Notes: a model not told the origin generated them from the letters alone. Shown: positions 1-11,255, numbered from the stretch's first letter. The stretch: 64,000 bases of DNA from a bacterium (GCA_041946805.1 JBHGBC010000001.1:64001-128000), one strand, 5' to 3'. Numbers and translations: made by a program.

Positions 1-60
1 CAGACACGACGTCCCCGGCTAGGGAACAACCGGATGCATAACTCGCATGGTCGGAGAGGA

Positions 61-1467
61 ATGATTAACGATATGCGAACCAACGATCGGAACAACAAAC
101 CGTATGGCGCCTCGAATCCCGGCGGCGGGACTCCCTCGGCCTCCCCGGCCGCTCCCGGCAGCACCACGGCCACGGCCGCTCCGGGCAAGAATCCCGGCCT
201 GGAGATGGAGACCCTCAAGAAAAAGACCATCGCCGAGCTGATGGAACTGGCCCACGAGATGAGCATCGAGGGAGTCAGCGGCCTCCGCAAGCAGGAACTG
301 ATCTACAAGATCGTGGAGCACGCCGCCAAGGTGGAGCCGGAAGAGACCGGCGAAATGCAGGGCTCGGGCGTGCTGGAGGCCTTGCCGGAAGGCTTCGGCT
401 TCCTGCGCAGCGCCGATTACTGCTACCTGCCGGGGCCGGACGACATCTACGTGTCGCCGTCCCAGATCCGGCGGTTCGGCCTGCGCAAGGGCGACACCGT
501 GACCGGCGTCATCCGCCCGCCCAAGGAAGGCGAACGCTACTTCGCCCTCCTCAAGGTGACCTCCATCAACGGGGAACCTCCGGAAGCGGCCAAGGACAAG
601 ATCCTGTACGACAACCTGACGCCCCTGTTTCCCAACATCCGGATCCGCATGGAGACCACCCCGAACCGCATCTCGGCGCGCATCATCGACCTGATCGTGC
701 CCATGGGCCTCGGCCAGCGGGCGCTGATCGTCGCGCCTCCCAACTCGGGGAAAACCATGCTGCTGCAGGAGATCGCCAACAGCATCACTTCGAATCATCC
801 GGACGTGACGCTCATCGTGCTGCTCATCGACGAGCGGCCCGAGGAGGTCACCGAGATGAAACGCACGGTGAAGGGCGAGGTCATCTCCTCCACCTTCGAC
901 GAACCGCCCGAGCGCCATATCCAGGTCGCCGAGATGGTCATCGAGAAGGCCAAGCGCCTGGTGGAATACCGCCACGACGTGGTGATCCTGCTCGACAGCA
1001 TCACGCGGCTGGCCCGCGCCTACAATCAGATCGCTCCGCACAGCGGCAAGATCCTCTCCGGCGGGATCGATTCCAGCGCCCTGATTCCGCCCAAGCGTTT
1101 CTACGGCGCGGCCCGCAACATCGAGGAAGGCGGCAGCCTCTCGATCATGGCCACCGCGCTCATCGACACCGGCAGCCGCATGGACGACGTCATCTACGAA
1201 GAGTTCAAGGGCACCGGCAACCTCGAGCTGCATCTGGACCGCAAACTGGCCGAGCGCCGGATCTATCCCTCCATCGACATCAACCGCTCCAAGACCCGGA
1301 AGGAAGAGTTGCTGCTCGAACCGGATGAACTGGAGCGGGTGTGGCTGCTGCGCAAGGTGTTGAACGAAATGAATGCCAGCGAGGCGGTCGAACTGCTCAT
1401 CGAGCGGATGAAGAAAACCAAGAACAACAAGGATTTCCTGGACACGCTGAGCAAGTCGACGCTCTGA
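61..1467 (+). CDS. rho: Transcription termination factor Rho with low-complexity N-terminal extension
   Basis: [22 protein letters not shown], Walker [37 protein letters not shown] before ATG 61. Confidence 0.97.
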   Translation: MINDMRTNDRNNKPYGASNPGGGTPSASPAAPGSTTATAAPGKNPGLEMETLKKKTIAELMELAHEMSIEGVSGLRKQELIYKIVEHAAKVEPEETGEMQGSGVLEALPEGFGFLRSADYCYLPGPDDIYVSPSQIRRFGLRKGDTVTGVIRPPKEGERYFALLKVTSINGEPPEAAKDKILYDNLTPLFPNIRIRMETTPNRISARIIDLIVPMGLGQRALIVAPPNSGKTMLLQEIANSITSNHPDVTLIVLLIDERPEEVTEMKRTVKGEVISSTFDEPPERHIQVAEMVIEKAKRLVEYRHDVVILLDSITRLARAYNQIAPHSGKILSGGIDSSALIPPKRFYGAARNIEEGGSLSIMATALIDTGSRMDDVIYEEFKGTGNLELHLDRKLAERRIYPSIDINRSKTRKEELLLEPDELERVWLLRKVLNEMNASEAVELLIERMKKTKNNKDFLDTLSKSTL

Positions 1468-1569
1468 TCCCGCAACGCGTTCCCCAGTTCTGCAAGGAGA
1501 AAGGGGACACCCGTGGGCGGAGGCGGATGCCCGCGCGCCGGCCCCGGGCCCGCTTCCCCGCGTGCCACC

Positions 1570-3465
1570 ATGATGACTTCGCGTCCGCGGGGCGAGGCCG
1601 GCGCCCTGCGCCGGTTCGCCTGTTATGTTCTGCGCTACAAACTCCGTTTCGTTTACGCCGTGGTTTGCAGCGGCCTGATTTCCATCACCTCACTGTTGCT
1701 GCTCACCTTGTTGAAGCCGGCCGTGGAAACCATTTTCCGCGAGCCGGCTTCCGGCATGGCCGCGGCCGTGACCGCCGCCCCCGCGGAACCGGAACGGGGC
1801 CTCTTGGAGCCTTCGGGCCAGCTGGGAACCCTGCTGGCCCCCGTGTATCACCTGATCGGGCGCTTCGCGCAAAACAACCGCCTGCTGACCCTGGGCATGG
1901 TCTGCCTGTTCATCCTGCTCCTGGTGATCGTGAACGGCGTCTTCCGCTACATCCAGGAATACATGGTGAAATGGATCGGCAACCGCACGATCCTGGACCT
2001 GCAAAGGGATTTGTTCGAGCACATGCTCCACTTCGACGCGGCCTATTTCGCGCGGCACAAGGTGGGCGCGCTCATCTCGTACTTCACCGTGGACACCCGC
2101 AAGGTGGGCGAGACCGTCTTCGACGTCTTCGGCCGCCTGCTGCTGGATCCTTGCATGATCCTGGCCGCCCTGGTGTTCCTGCTCTACATGCAGTGGAAAT
2201 TGACGCTGCTGTATGCCCTGATCTTTCCCTTCATTTACTGGACGATCCGCATCTTCTCCAAGAAAAGCCGCCAGGCCGGCCGCCGGGCGCAGGAAATCAT
2301 GTCCGCCATGGGCGCGTTTCTGCAGGAGCATTTCAGCTCCATCCGCCTGGTGCAGGGTTACGCCATGGACGAGCGCCAGAAGCGCCTGTTCTGGAAGGAA
2401 GCGCGGGGGGTGTTTGACGCCAGCATGTCCCTCGCCAAGTCGATGGGCGCCTCGTCGCCGATCAGCGAGTTGATCGGCGTGTTCGCCCTGTGCTGTGTGC
2501 TGATGCTGGGCGGCTTCATCATGTTCCGGCAGGAAGGCGGACCGGGCGTTTTCGACGGCGGCGACTTTTTGGTGTTCCTCGCCACGCTGGGATTCATCTA
2601 TCAGCCCGTGAAACGCATGGAGCGCACCATCCAGCAGATCCAGCAAGGCCTGGCGGCCGCCGACCGCGTCTTCGCCGTGCTGGACACGGACGCGCGCCTG
2701 CCCCAGGCGGCGGACCCGGTGGAGGTGGAAACGTTCCAGCGGGAGATCCGCTTCGATGAGGTTTTCTTTACGTACGATGGGCAAGTCCCCGTGCTGGAGC
2801 GCGTGTCCTTCGCCGCGCGCAAGGGCGAGCAGATCGCCCTCGTGGGCCCCAGCGGGGCGGGCAAAACCACGCTGGTCAGCCTGATCCCACGCATCTACGA
2901 TCCCACCGGCGGCCGAATTCTGTTGGATGGCCACGATTTACGCGCCGTCCGCCTCGAAAGCCTGCGGCGGCTGATCAGCACCGTCCACCAGGACGTGATG
3001 ATTCTGGGCGACACGGTGCGGGTGAACATCACCTGCGGAAACGAATCGTTCACACCAGAACAAATCGAATCCGCCGCCCGGGCCGCCGGCGCGGACGAGT
3101 TCATCGCCGCCCTGCCCCACGGCTATGACACGATCGTGGGCGAACGGGGCGAATCGCTGTCGGGCGGGCAATGCCAGCGGCTGGCCATCGCGCGCGCGTT
3201 TCTGCGGGATTCTCCCATTCTCATCCTCGACGAGGCGACCTCCTCCCTGGACAGCGAATCGGAACGGCACATCAAGGAATCCCTGCGGCTCCTCATGCGC
3301 GGGCGCACCGCGTTCGTCATCGCCCACCGCCTCTCCACGATTTTGCAAGCCGACCGGATCCTCGTGCTCGACCGCGGCACGATCGTGGACATCGGCGCGC
3401 ACGCCGATCTGTTGGAACGGTGCGAACTCTACCAGCGCTTGTACCATTTGCAGTTTCATGAGTAG
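1570..3465 (+). CDS. ABC exporter, fused TMD+NBD, MsbA-like
   Basis: Multiple TM helices, GPSGAGKT, LSGGQCQR, ILILDEATSSLD, IAHRLST; start uncertain (1513/1570/1573). Confidence 0.9.
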   Translation: MMTSRPRGEAGALRRFACYVLRYKLRFVYAVVCSGLISITSLLLLTLLKPAVETIFREPASGMAAAVTAAPAEPERGLLEPSGQLGTLLAPVYHLIGRFAQNNRLLTLGMVCLFILLLVIVNGVFRYIQEYMVKWIGNRTILDLQRDLFEHMLHFDAAYFARHKVGALISYFTVDTRKVGETVFDVFGRLLLDPCMILAALVFLLYMQWKLTLLYALIFPFIYWTIRIFSKKSRQAGRRAQEIMSAMGAFLQEHFSSIRLVQGYAMDERQKRLFWKEARGVFDASMSLAKSMGASSPISELIGVFALCCVLMLGGFIMFRQEGGPGVFDGGDFLVFLATLGFIYQPVKRMERTIQQIQQGLAAADRVFAVLDTDARLPQAADPVEVETFQREIRFDEVFFTYDGQVPVLERVSFAARKGEQIALVGPSGAGKTTLVSLIPRIYDPTGGRILLDGHDLRAVRLESLRRLISTVHQDVMILGDTVRVNITCGNESFTPEQIESAARAAGADEFIAALPHGYDTIVGERGESLSGGQCQRLAIARAFLRDSPILILDEATSSLDSESERHIKESLRLLMRGRTAFVIAHRLSTILQADRILVLDRGTIVDIGAHADLLERCELYQRLYHLQFHE

Positions 3466-3581
3466 GATGGCGGTATCATGGCGGATTCCAACTTGTGATC
3501 CATCAGTGATTCATAGAGAGAGGGAAGAATTCAATCCTTCCAATCGGTTGAAAAAAACGCGGGAAAGTCCTTTATTGTCTT

Positions 3582-3664
3582 CCTCTCCCTTTGGGAGAGG
3601 GCCGGGGGGAGGGACTTCGAAACCAGGGTAACCCTCACCCAATTCCTCTCCCAGGGGGCGAGGG
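3582..3664. repeat. Inverted doublet of CCCTCTCCC-N3-GGGAGAGGG-N3-GGGTGAGGG REP-like repeat
   Basis: Copies at 3582-3613 and, inverted, 3632-3664. Confidence 0.8.
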
Positions 3665-3781
3665 AATTTGGGGCAATTCCTCCATGAAACCGGGATGGAT
3701 TCCCCTTGTTCCATTCATGGTACGAATATGATGGCGCCGGATGAACGTATTTTAAAATTCCGGCTTCCGGAGCGGATGCCG

Positions 3782-5635
3782 ATGGCGCGCCGAATTCCGC
3801 CTGTTCTCGCTCTCCTCCTGCTGCAGGCATTCCTGCTTTGGCACAGCGCCCGGCAGGATTCGGCCACCGTGGACGAAATGAGCCACCTGGCCTGCGGGCT
3901 GTATTCGCTGCAGACCCTGGATTTCCGCATGAACCGGGTCGCGCCGCCTCTGCAAAATTTGGTCTGCGCCCTGCCGGTCTATCTCTCCCAAGATTGCCAC
4001 CTGCCCTTCGATAACGCCTGCTGGCAACAGGGCGTTTGGAACGGCGCGGGCGACCGCTTTCTCGAGGCCAATCCGGACAACTTCCACCAACTGCTGATGA
4101 CCGGCCGCCTGGGAACCATGACGCTCTCCCTGCTGCTGTCGGTGATGGTGTTCGTGTGGGCGAACGCCTGTTGGGGATACCGGCCCGCTTTGGCTGTACT
4201 GGCCCTGTCCGTGTTGGAGCCCAATCTCCTGGCACATGGGCGGCTGGTGACCACCGACACCGCCCCCGCCCTGCTGTTCACGCTTACTGGATACCTCGCG
4301 TGGCGCTTCGTCCAGCAGCCGCGTTGGACACGGCTGATGCTCGTGGGAATCGGCATGGGATTGACCTGGTACGCCAAGCACACCGGGCCGCTGCTCGTGC
4401 CCGCGTTGTTTCTGGGATTCGGGCTTGTCTTCCGGAAGAGGCAGGAAACCGCTTGGTACACTTTCTCCCGGTTGGCCGCGAAGTGTCCGCACTCGCTGCG
4501 GCCATGGCTGCAATCGGCGGCTACGACTGTGATGATATCAATTGTTGGATTGCTGGTGATCTGGGCGGGGTATGGCTTCGAGGTGGGCGACAGCATCCCC
4601 GGCCCCCGTGAACCGCAGCGCGGCGCGCTCTGGCGGGAAACGCAATTGCCCTTGCAGACGGCCGCGTACCTGCTGGGATGGGACCGGCGCTATCCTTTCG
4701 ACAGCGGCGATCCCCGCGATCCCTACTGGCTTTTGCTCCGGCGGTATCTGCCAGCCTTCAGCCATTGGGAGGGATTTTTCGCCAACCGCCAGCACCTGCA
4801 GACCGGACACATGGCGTATTTCATGGGTGAGATCTCCGCCGGCGGATGGCGATCGTATTACCCCGTCTTGTTTTTGATCAAAACGCCGCTGCCCTTGCTG
4901 ATTCTCTTCCTGCTGGGCGCGGGCCTGCTCGCCGCGAAACGGGTCCGGCTGGATTTCCACGCCGGTGTGTTCCTGGCCATGATTCCCCTCGTTTACACGG
5001 GGGTGTTGATCGAGTGGAACCGGGTGAACATCGGCTACCGGCACGCGCTGCCGTTGGTTCCGTATGCCCTGATCGCCCTGGCGGGAGCGGCGCTGGCGTA
5101 CCTGTTCCGCGCCCCGGAATCCGGCGGGACGGATCCGGCCGGTCTCCAGGCCGGACGAAGAGACTACTCGAACCGCGCCGTGCTGGGGTCGTTGTTATTG
5201 GCGTGGACCGCGGTGGATGTCTTGTCCATCCACCCGCATTATTTGTCTTATTTCAACTCCCTGATCGGCGGGCCGAAAAACGGGCATTATTACGCGGTGG
5301 ATTCCAATCTGGACTGGGGGCAGGATCTCTTCTTTCTCAAGAAATATCTAACAGAGAATGACGTCCGGGATGCCTATCTCTTTTATTTCGGACCGGAACA
5401 ATACCCCAACTATTACGGTGTGCCGTGCCGGGACACCAAGAAGCTGGATCACCTGGAACCGGGCACGTACATCGTCAGCGTCACCCTCCTGCGGCAGTAT
5501 TGGGGCGCCCATCCGCCGAAATTCCTGCTGCCCGTGATCGGGCGGGAACCCGACGGCCGGGCCGCCTACACCCTGTTCGTTTACCGGGTTCCCGCCATGG
5601 ACCGTGATTCCTCTGCGCCGGTCACTTCACCGTGA
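3782..5635 (+). CDS. GT-C fold membrane glycosyltransferase (ArnT/PMT_2, family 39/83-like)
   Basis: SATVDE-x-x-H, EPNLLAHGRLVTTD, many TM segments, IGYRH, YLSYFN...DSNLDWGQD; start uncertain. Confidence 0.8.
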   Translation: MARRIPPVLALLLLQAFLLWHSARQDSATVDEMSHLACGLYSLQTLDFRMNRVAPPLQNLVCALPVYLSQDCHLPFDNACWQQGVWNGAGDRFLEANPDNFHQLLMTGRLGTMTLSLLLSVMVFVWANACWGYRPALAVLALSVLEPNLLAHGRLVTTDTAPALLFTLTGYLAWRFVQQPRWTRLMLVGIGMGLTWYAKHTGPLLVPALFLGFGLVFRKRQETAWYTFSRLAAKCPHSLRPWLQSAATTVMISIVGLLVIWAGYGFEVGDSIPGPREPQRGALWRETQLPLQTAAYLLGWDRRYPFDSGDPRDPYWLLLRRYLPAFSHWEGFFANRQHLQTGHMAYFMGEISAGGWRSYYPVLFLIKTPLPLLILFLLGAGLLAAKRVRLDFHAGVFLAMIPLVYTGVLIEWNRVNIGYRHALPLVPYALIALAGAALAYLFRAPESGGTDPAGLQAGRRDYSNRAVLGSLLLAWTAVDVLSIHPHYLSYFNSLIGGPKNGHYYAVDSNLDWGQDLFFLKKYLTENDVRDAYLFYFGPEQYPNYYGVPCRDTKKLDHLEPGTYIVSVTLLRQYWGAHPPKFLLPVIGREPDGRAAYTLFVYRVPAMDRDSSAPVTSP

Positions 5636-8600
5636 TCCGGTTGGTGGCGGAGAGGGCGTTGATTTCGGGATAATACATGCACCAGCCGTACGCCGGATTG
5701 GCGCGGAAACGGCCGGGCAGTTCGGTGCGGATGAGATATTCGATCCGTGTTTCGCCCTCTCCCACTTCATCCAGGAAGAAAACCATTTTCTGGTCCCGCC
5801 GCTCGTAGTGCGAATACGGTTCCCAAGAACCCTCCACGTTGCTGGTGAAGAACGACTCGATCACCTCGCAGCCGCTGGGCAGCGGGTCCTCAACGATCAT
5901 ATAGGGTAGATCCCGCTTGGCCTCGATGACCAGGGTGACGAGGATCTCCTGCCCGACTTTCAAGGAATCATCGGGCGGGAAGCCCTGGGGCAACAGTTTG
6001 GGACGCCCGCGGTAGTCCTTGGTGTGCAGGGCCGTCTCGTACAGCCGGGTCATCTTGAAATACTCGTTCGGTGTAGGCTGGAGCAACTCGCCGTGATGGA
6101 AGAGCGTGCTGTTCAGCGCCCAGAATCCCACCGGCCGCGCCATTTCGAGGGTGATGGTATTCGTTCCGGCTTGCGGATTCAGCGGCGTCACCACCGGTTT
6201 GGTGTAGTCGTTCTTGGTGAGGGCGCCTTCCTGGACGGTCTGGCCGTTCAGCCGCAGGGTGTAGGGAAGATCGGCGAATTCCTGCGCGGGTTTTTCCGTC
6301 CGGATGATCCGGGTGAGCGCCTTGATCACCAACGCCGTCTCCCGGGTGGAGCGCCAGCGGTTGCCCCGGCGGCGGTCTACCAGCCACTGGCTGATTTTGT
6401 CCGTGGTGGCGTCCACGCCGCGCAGCTCGAGCAGCGCCATGAGCCCCCAAGCGGTGGTTTCGACCGCCGTCCCGCTCCATTGCCACACCTGGCCGGGATC
6501 CACCTGCCAGGCGGCATGGCGTTCGGAGAGGTTTTGCAGGTGGCTCAGCAGCAGGTCGAGCATTTCGTTGGCTTCCTTGTCCTTCTGCTTGCCGTGCAGG
6601 GCCAGGGCGCTGACCGCCAGGCCGAAGTCGAACATCTCGTTCCGGTTCGTGTAGAGCGTGTTCAGCGCGAAATCATCGGCCTGGCCGTTTTGGCCGAGAA
6701 CATAGGTGAGGTACGCCTGCGTGTCCCACTCGCGGACCGAGGTCACCGTGTTTTTCAGGTAATTCATGGCAATGTCGATCCGGCCGGATTCGACCGGATA
6801 GCCGAGCCGGTCCGCCTGCAGGAGGCTGTCCACCACGAACGCGGTGAGCATGGGTTCTTCTTCACTGCCCTGGAACCAGCCCCAGCCGCCTTCGGGCCCC
6901 TGCATCGCGTAGATCCGTTGAAGTGTCTTTTCGACCTGCTCTCCGATTGATTCCATCCGTTGTTCCATCTCCGCGGGCAGGGCGTTCATGTCCCGCAGCG
7001 CGTGAAGCAGAAGAATATTGGGCAGGTAGCCGTTGATGGTCTGCTCGATGCACCCATAGGGGAAGGTGGTCAGGTAGGGCATCGCCCCCAGGGCCACGCC
7101 GGCCAGGGACGGCGTGAAAGTGAATTCGAACTTGGACGATCCGGGCAAAACATCTTCCCCGAGATCGCAGGGAATCTCGGTGGAGGCGCCGGTGATCTTG
7201 CCGCCGCGGGCTTGGTCTTCCCGGTAGCCCAGGGGAAGAACCGGGGCAGACAGTTCGAGGGCGTCCTCGTCCTCCTTGCCCTTGGCCTGGAAGACGAACG
7301 TGGCCGTGGGGGAGGCGGCGTTGACCGTGAGGCCCCAGAGTTCGCGGGCCACCGCGCCGGCGGCCGCCTGGGTGGTCTTGGTATCCGCTTCCTGGAGCGC
7401 CACGCCCCCGCTGACCGCCAGTTGAGTCTGGATTTCCGGCAGATTTTCAGTGGTCAGATTGTTGACCTGCGTGGAGATTTGCAGTTCGTCCTGTTCCAGG
7501 AAGAAGCGGGGCAACGCCAGGCGCGCCACCAGTTCCTTGGTGACCTGGGTGGAGGACTTGGTCCAGCCCACCTCGGTGTTCTTGGTGTGGGCGCGGGACG
7601 TGAGCCGCCAGGTGGTCAGGTTGTCGGGATAATACACGTCGGCCGTGGCTTCGCCCTTTTCATCGGTGTAGATGTCGGCGATCCACACCGCCGTGTCGCG
7701 GAAATCCTTGCGGACATCCGCCTGGATGCCCTTGTTCGCCCCGCCGTAGTAATTGATCGGGTACGAGAAACTGGTGGAGACCCAGTTGGCCTGCTTGTCG
7801 TAAAACACCTGGTGGATATCGGGCGTGTGATCGCGCCGGATGGCGAAGATGGCCTCGTCCACCACCGCCAGGCTCACTTCGGCGGGGACGGGCGTGCCGT
7901 CGGGCAGCGTGGTCTTGATGGTCACGTGGCCGGTTTCGCGCGGTTTGTAGGTGGTCCGGTCGGACGTGAGTTCGACCTTCAGATCCCCCCGCTTCTCGGG
8001 AATGTTGAGAACATATTCCCGCGTGGAGAGATTGATCCCCCGCGGCATGAACAGGCCGATGAACACATTGGGCGCGTATTCGGGCAGGATGGGGATGGTA
8101 ACCCGCGTGGTTTTGCCCGACGGCCAGATCACCCGGTGGGACAGGATGTCGCGCGACTCGATGGTCAAGACCACCGGATTTTCGGGGTATTGCGTGTTGA
8201 GGAGCAGAACGGCTTCCTCGCCGGGCTGGTAGGCCTTCTTGTCCAGGATGCCCTCGAGCGCGGGGTATTCGAAATCGAAGCTGCCCGCCCCTTCCACCAT
8301 CCGCCACACGCGCGCGGCGGCGGTGATTTCGTTGCCCTGCTCATCCGTCCCGTGGACTTCCACTTCGATGCGGCCGCTGATCTTCGTGTCGGGCAGCCAT
8401 TCCACCCGGCCCAGGCCGTTCGCGTCCGTGTTTACCTTGAAACTGGCCTGGGGCGCGGCGGGCCGCACGTAGGTGCGCTGCACGGGGTTCCAGACTTCCT
8501 GGACGAAATCCACCTCCAGGGCGGCCGTGACCGGTTGGCCGTCATGCGTCAAGGTTTCCAATTCAACGGACAGCGGCGTGTCCCGGTCAAAGACGTCGCG

Positions 8601-10841
8601 CGACGGCCGGGCGAGAATGTAGTACATCCCCACGCCCACTGGCGCCGCCTCGCTGGTGGTCACCTTGCGCCCCGACGCCTCCTGCACTTCCACCTCGACC
8701 GTCACGCGGCGGTCGCGCGAGGCCCGCGGGGGAACGTACTCGATCCGCGCCATGCCTTCCGCGTCGGTTTTGGTTTCCCCGCTGAACAGAAAGCGGGAAT
8801 AGGAGGAAGGAAACTCGCGCGCCCCGCTGCCGGCGGCCAGCGTCTCGTAGAACCGGTAGCGGACCTCCGCGTTGGGCACCGCCCCGCCGAAATAGTATTC
8901 CGCCCGGATGGCGAAACTCAGAATCTCGCCGTTGATGTAAAACGGCTTGGCCGGTTCCACTTTCACGAGAAACTCCGGCTTGCGGTATTCCTCCACGAAG
9001 AAATGGATCGACTTTTTCGGATTGTCTCCGATGGCCGCCGTGAGATTGTAACTGCCCAGGGGCGTGTCCTTCGGCATGTCCAGCGAACCGTTCACGGAGC
9101 CCCATTCGTTGAGGGTTAGTTCGGCGGTGTGGATCACTTCGCCTTCGGGATTCGAGACTTCGATCTGCGCCGTGGCCCCCGCCGGGATGGTGTAGTCCCG
9201 CTGGTTCTTGTCGCGGAAGACCGCCTTGTAATATACGGTTTGCCCGGGCCGGTACACGGGCCGGTCGGTGTAAGGGTAAATTGTCCGGTTTTCGGACGAG
9301 ATCAGCCCGCTCTTGTAAATGGGCGAAATGGCGAAATGGCCGTCAGGAGACAGGGCCAGCACATCGCCCGTGGAAAAAGCCAGGTTGTGCTTCAGGACCA
9401 GGATGCCCTGCTCGTCGGTTTCCCCGCTCCACTCGATTTTCGTTTCGTCGGTATTCTGCAGCACCTGCGACCAGCCCGGCGTCAGGTTGACATCGAACGC
9501 GCGCGGCTGGATCTTGACCTTGGCCCCGCGCACCGGCATGTTGGTCTTGAGATGGGTGGCGTACACGAACGTGGAATTTTCGCCCCGCTTGACGATGATC
9601 CCCAACTCGGTGACAAAAAACAAAGCGCGGTGCTCCACTTTCTCTAGCGTGCTGTACGCCCGCAAAACGTAGGCCCCGTGCGGCAGGCGTTGGGGCGCCT
9701 TGATATCCTTGTCCACCCAGACGTAGGGATTGGTGAGTGGCACTTCCTCCACCCAATGCAGGACGGATTTGAACGGAGAGAGGTCCTGCTTTTGCAGCAT
9801 GGCCCGCGTGTCGGCTTTCTCTTGCAGGAAAACGGGCAGGGGAATTTCACGGATGTCGCATTCGTATTGCCCGACGCGGAAAGTGCGCATCTGGAAGGCC
9901 ACGTCCTGATCGGGCAGGAACACGTCGCGCTGCAGGTTGATGGAAATGGAGGGAGGCAGCGCCTGCAGGCCGATCACCACGCCGGTGCGGCTCTCGCCCT
10001 CTTTCAGTTGGATGGCGTCCGCCGATTCGTAGGGCCGGAAGCCGGCGGGATTGGACTGCAGCTGGTAGGTTCCCGGAAGCAGGCCGGCGATGGAGAAAAA
10101 GCCGTCTTCATCGCTGGTTCCCACTTGCTGGGACGCCCCCCGCGCGGCGACCTCGATGTCCCGCAACGGCGAATCGCTGCCTTCCAGGCGCACCACGCCG
10201 GTGATGCCGGCGGGGCGGTAGAGCTTGATGGTATAGCTTTTCTCCTCGCCCGGCTGGGGACGGATCCCCACAATCTGCTCGCCGATGTACCCGCCGAGGG
10301 AGATGTCCAGCGAATAGATGTTGGGCGGCATGGAGGCGAAAACGAACTCGCCCTTCTCGTCGGTGAACAGCGATTCCTCGTATTGGATCATGCTGAAATT
10401 GCCGCCTTGGAAGGACAATTTCACTTGGGCGTTGCTCACGGGGGTGGATCCGTCGCTGAAGACCACCTGGCCCTTGAGGGTCGCGCCGCGGATGAGCGCG
10501 ATGTTCAAGTCGATGGCGTTCTGGTTGTCGGGGAACCGCCAACGGTTCATCTCGTAGGTACAATAGCCTTCCTTCACCACGGCCAGGTCGTAGGGAATGT
10601 TGGAGCGCACGTCCGTGAAGGAAAACTTGCCGTCCGCGTTGGTGGTGGTCACGAAGTACCCGGTCCCGTAGTTGGAGTTGGTCAATTCGACCTTGGCGCC
10701 CGCGACGGGCTGCTGGGCGGTCTCATCGATGACAGTGCCCGAGATGGTAACGGATGCGGCATACGCGCCCGGAACCCAGACGGCCAACAGGACCAAACCG
10801 GACAACCACAGGACGGCGGACGGCAAACGGCGGGCGTTCAT
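5622..10841 (-). CDS. Bacterial alpha-2-macroglobulin with N-terminal carboxypeptidase-regulatory-like repeats
   Basis: YTDRPVYRPGQ (MG2), VEEYRKPEF, LAVVDEA, VRKDFRDTAVW, PDNLTTWR, thioester PYGCIEQT, WRSTRET, EDPLPSG; signal peptide; GGAGG RBS before ATG 10841. Confidence 0.93.
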   Translation of the reverse strand: MNARRLPSAVLWLSGLVLLAVWVPGAYAASVTISGTVIDETAQQPVAGAKVELTNSNYGTGYFVTTTNADGKFSFTDVRSNIPYDLAVVKEGYCTYEMNRWRFPDNQNAIDLNIALIRGATLKGQVVFSDGSTPVSNAQVKLSFQGGNFSMIQYEESLFTDEKGEFVFASMPPNIYSLDISLGGYIGEQIVGIRPQPGEEKSYTIKLYRPAGITGVVRLEGSDSPLRDIEVAARGASQQVGTSDEDGFFSIAGLLPGTYQLQSNPAGFRPYESADAIQLKEGESRTGVVIGLQALPPSISINLQRDVFLPDQDVAFQMRTFRVGQYECDIREIPLPVFLQEKADTRAMLQKQDLSPFKSVLHWVEEVPLTNPYVWVDKDIKAPQRLPHGAYVLRAYSTLEKVEHRALFFVTELGIIVKRGENSTFVYATHLKTNMPVRGAKVKIQPRAFDVNLTPGWSQVLQNTDETKIEWSGETDEQGILVLKHNLAFSTGDVLALSPDGHFAISPIYKSGLISSENRTIYPYTDRPVYRPGQTVYYKAVFRDKNQRDYTIPAGATAQIEVSNPEGEVIHTAELTLNEWGSVNGSLDMPKDTPLGSYNLTAAIGDNPKKSIHFFVEEYRKPEFLVKVEPAKPFYINGEILSFAIRAEYYFGGAVPNAEVRYRFYETLAAGSGAREFPSSYSRFLFSGETKTDAEGMARIEYVPPRASRDRRVTVEVEVQEASGRKVTTSEAAPVGVGMYYILARPSRDVFDRDTPLSVELETLTHDGQPVTAALEVDFVQEVWNPVQRTYVRPAAPQASFKVNTDANGLGRVEWLPDTKISGRIEVEVHGTDEQGNEITAAARVWRMVEGAGSFDFEYPALEGILDKKAYQPGEEAVLLLNTQYPENPVVLTIESRDILSHRVIWPSGKTTRVTIPILPEYAPNVFIGLFMPRGINLSTREYVLNIPEKRGDLKVELTSDRTTYKPRETGHVTIKTTLPDGTPVPAEVSLAVVDEAIFAIRRDHTPDIHQVFYDKQANWVSTSFSYPINYYGGANKGIQADVRKDFRDTAVWIADIYTDEKGEATADVYYPDNLTTWRLTSRAHTKNTEVGWTKSSTQVTKELVARLALPRFFLEQDELQISTQVNNLTTENLPEIQTQLAVSGGVALQEADTKTTQAAAGAVARELWGLTVNAASPTATFVFQAKGKEDEDALELSAPVLPLGYREDQARGGKITGASTEIPCDLGEDVLPGSSKFEFTFTPSLAGVALGAMPYLTTFPYGCIEQTINGYLPNILLLHALRDMNALPAEMEQRMESIGEQVEKTLQRIYAMQGPEGGWGWFQGSEEEPMLTAFVVDSLLQADRLGYPVESGRIDIAMNYLKNTVTSVREWDTQAYLTYVLGQNGQADDFALNTLYTNRNEMFDFGLAVSALALHGKQKDKEANEMLDLLLSHLQNLSERHAAWQVDPGQVWQWSGTAVETTAWGLMALLELRGVDATTDKISQWLVDRRRGNRWRSTRETALVIKALTRIIRTEKPAQEFADLPYTLRLNGQTVQEGALTKNDYTKPVVTPLNPQAGTNTITLEMARPVGFWALNSTLFHHGELLQPTPNEYFKMTRLYETALHTKDYRGRPKLLPQGFPPDDSLKVGQEILVTLVIEAKRDLPYMIVEDPLPSGCEVIESFFTSNVEGSWEPYSHYERRDQKMVFFLDEVGEGETRIEYLIRTELPGRFRANPAYGWCMYYPEINALSATNRITVK

Positions 10842-10943
10842 GGAAATACCTCCCAATATGAAAAATGATGATGATGATGATGTCACGGTTTTATGGATAC
10901 CGGCTTCGGATACGGCACTCATGTAGATTTTCCCTCGCCCCAA

Positions 10944-11000
10944 GGGCTGATCTTTACCCACGACAGGATGCCCTCTCCGCGAAAGCGAAGATCCAGGTCC
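10944..11000. mobile_element. Left-end remnant of the same MITE family
   Basis: GGGCTGATCTTTACCCAC followed by a GGATG..CCGCGAAAGCG..GATCCAGG segment like 17715-17747. Confidence 0.7.
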
Positions 11001-11130
11001 TGTCGGCGGGCTATGCCGCGCTTTGCGCTCCCCGCAGTTGCTTTTTTATGGCTCATCCGCCACGAGTGTACCTTTTCCCCCGGGGGACCGGTTTCTCATG
11101 AATCAGGCCTGAGAGAACCACCCCCATTTT

Positions 11131-11255
11131 CCCTCTCCCCTTGGGTGAGGGTTAGGGTGAGGGAAGCCCTGAAAGGGCGGAATAACGGCTCTCCGCGCAA
11201 TCGGTTAATCCATTCCATATGGGTATTTTTGGCTATGTTTGAAAAACTCAACAAA
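11131..11255 (+). repeat. Composite ~125-bp repeat (REP + GCCCTGAAAGGGC hairpin + AT-rich tail)
   Basis: Similar along its length to 17997-18110 and to the reverse complement of 53220-53335. Confidence 0.8.

Noticed and set aside
19..1233. 404-aa ORF antisense to rho
   Set aside because: Shadow ORF typical of high-GC codon bias; rho on the plus strand is unambiguous
10865..10882. (ATG)6 microsatellite upstream of alpha2M as a phase-variation switch
   Set aside because: Triplet unit in a non-coding leader; no evidence of length variation from one sequence
10842..10961. Longer N-termini in the ORF track for alpha2M (also cusB, proB, dxr, D-cysteine desulfhydrase, GT39)
   Set aside because: Extensions run through repeats or neighbouring genes; downstream starts fit RBS, signal peptide or family N-terminus better
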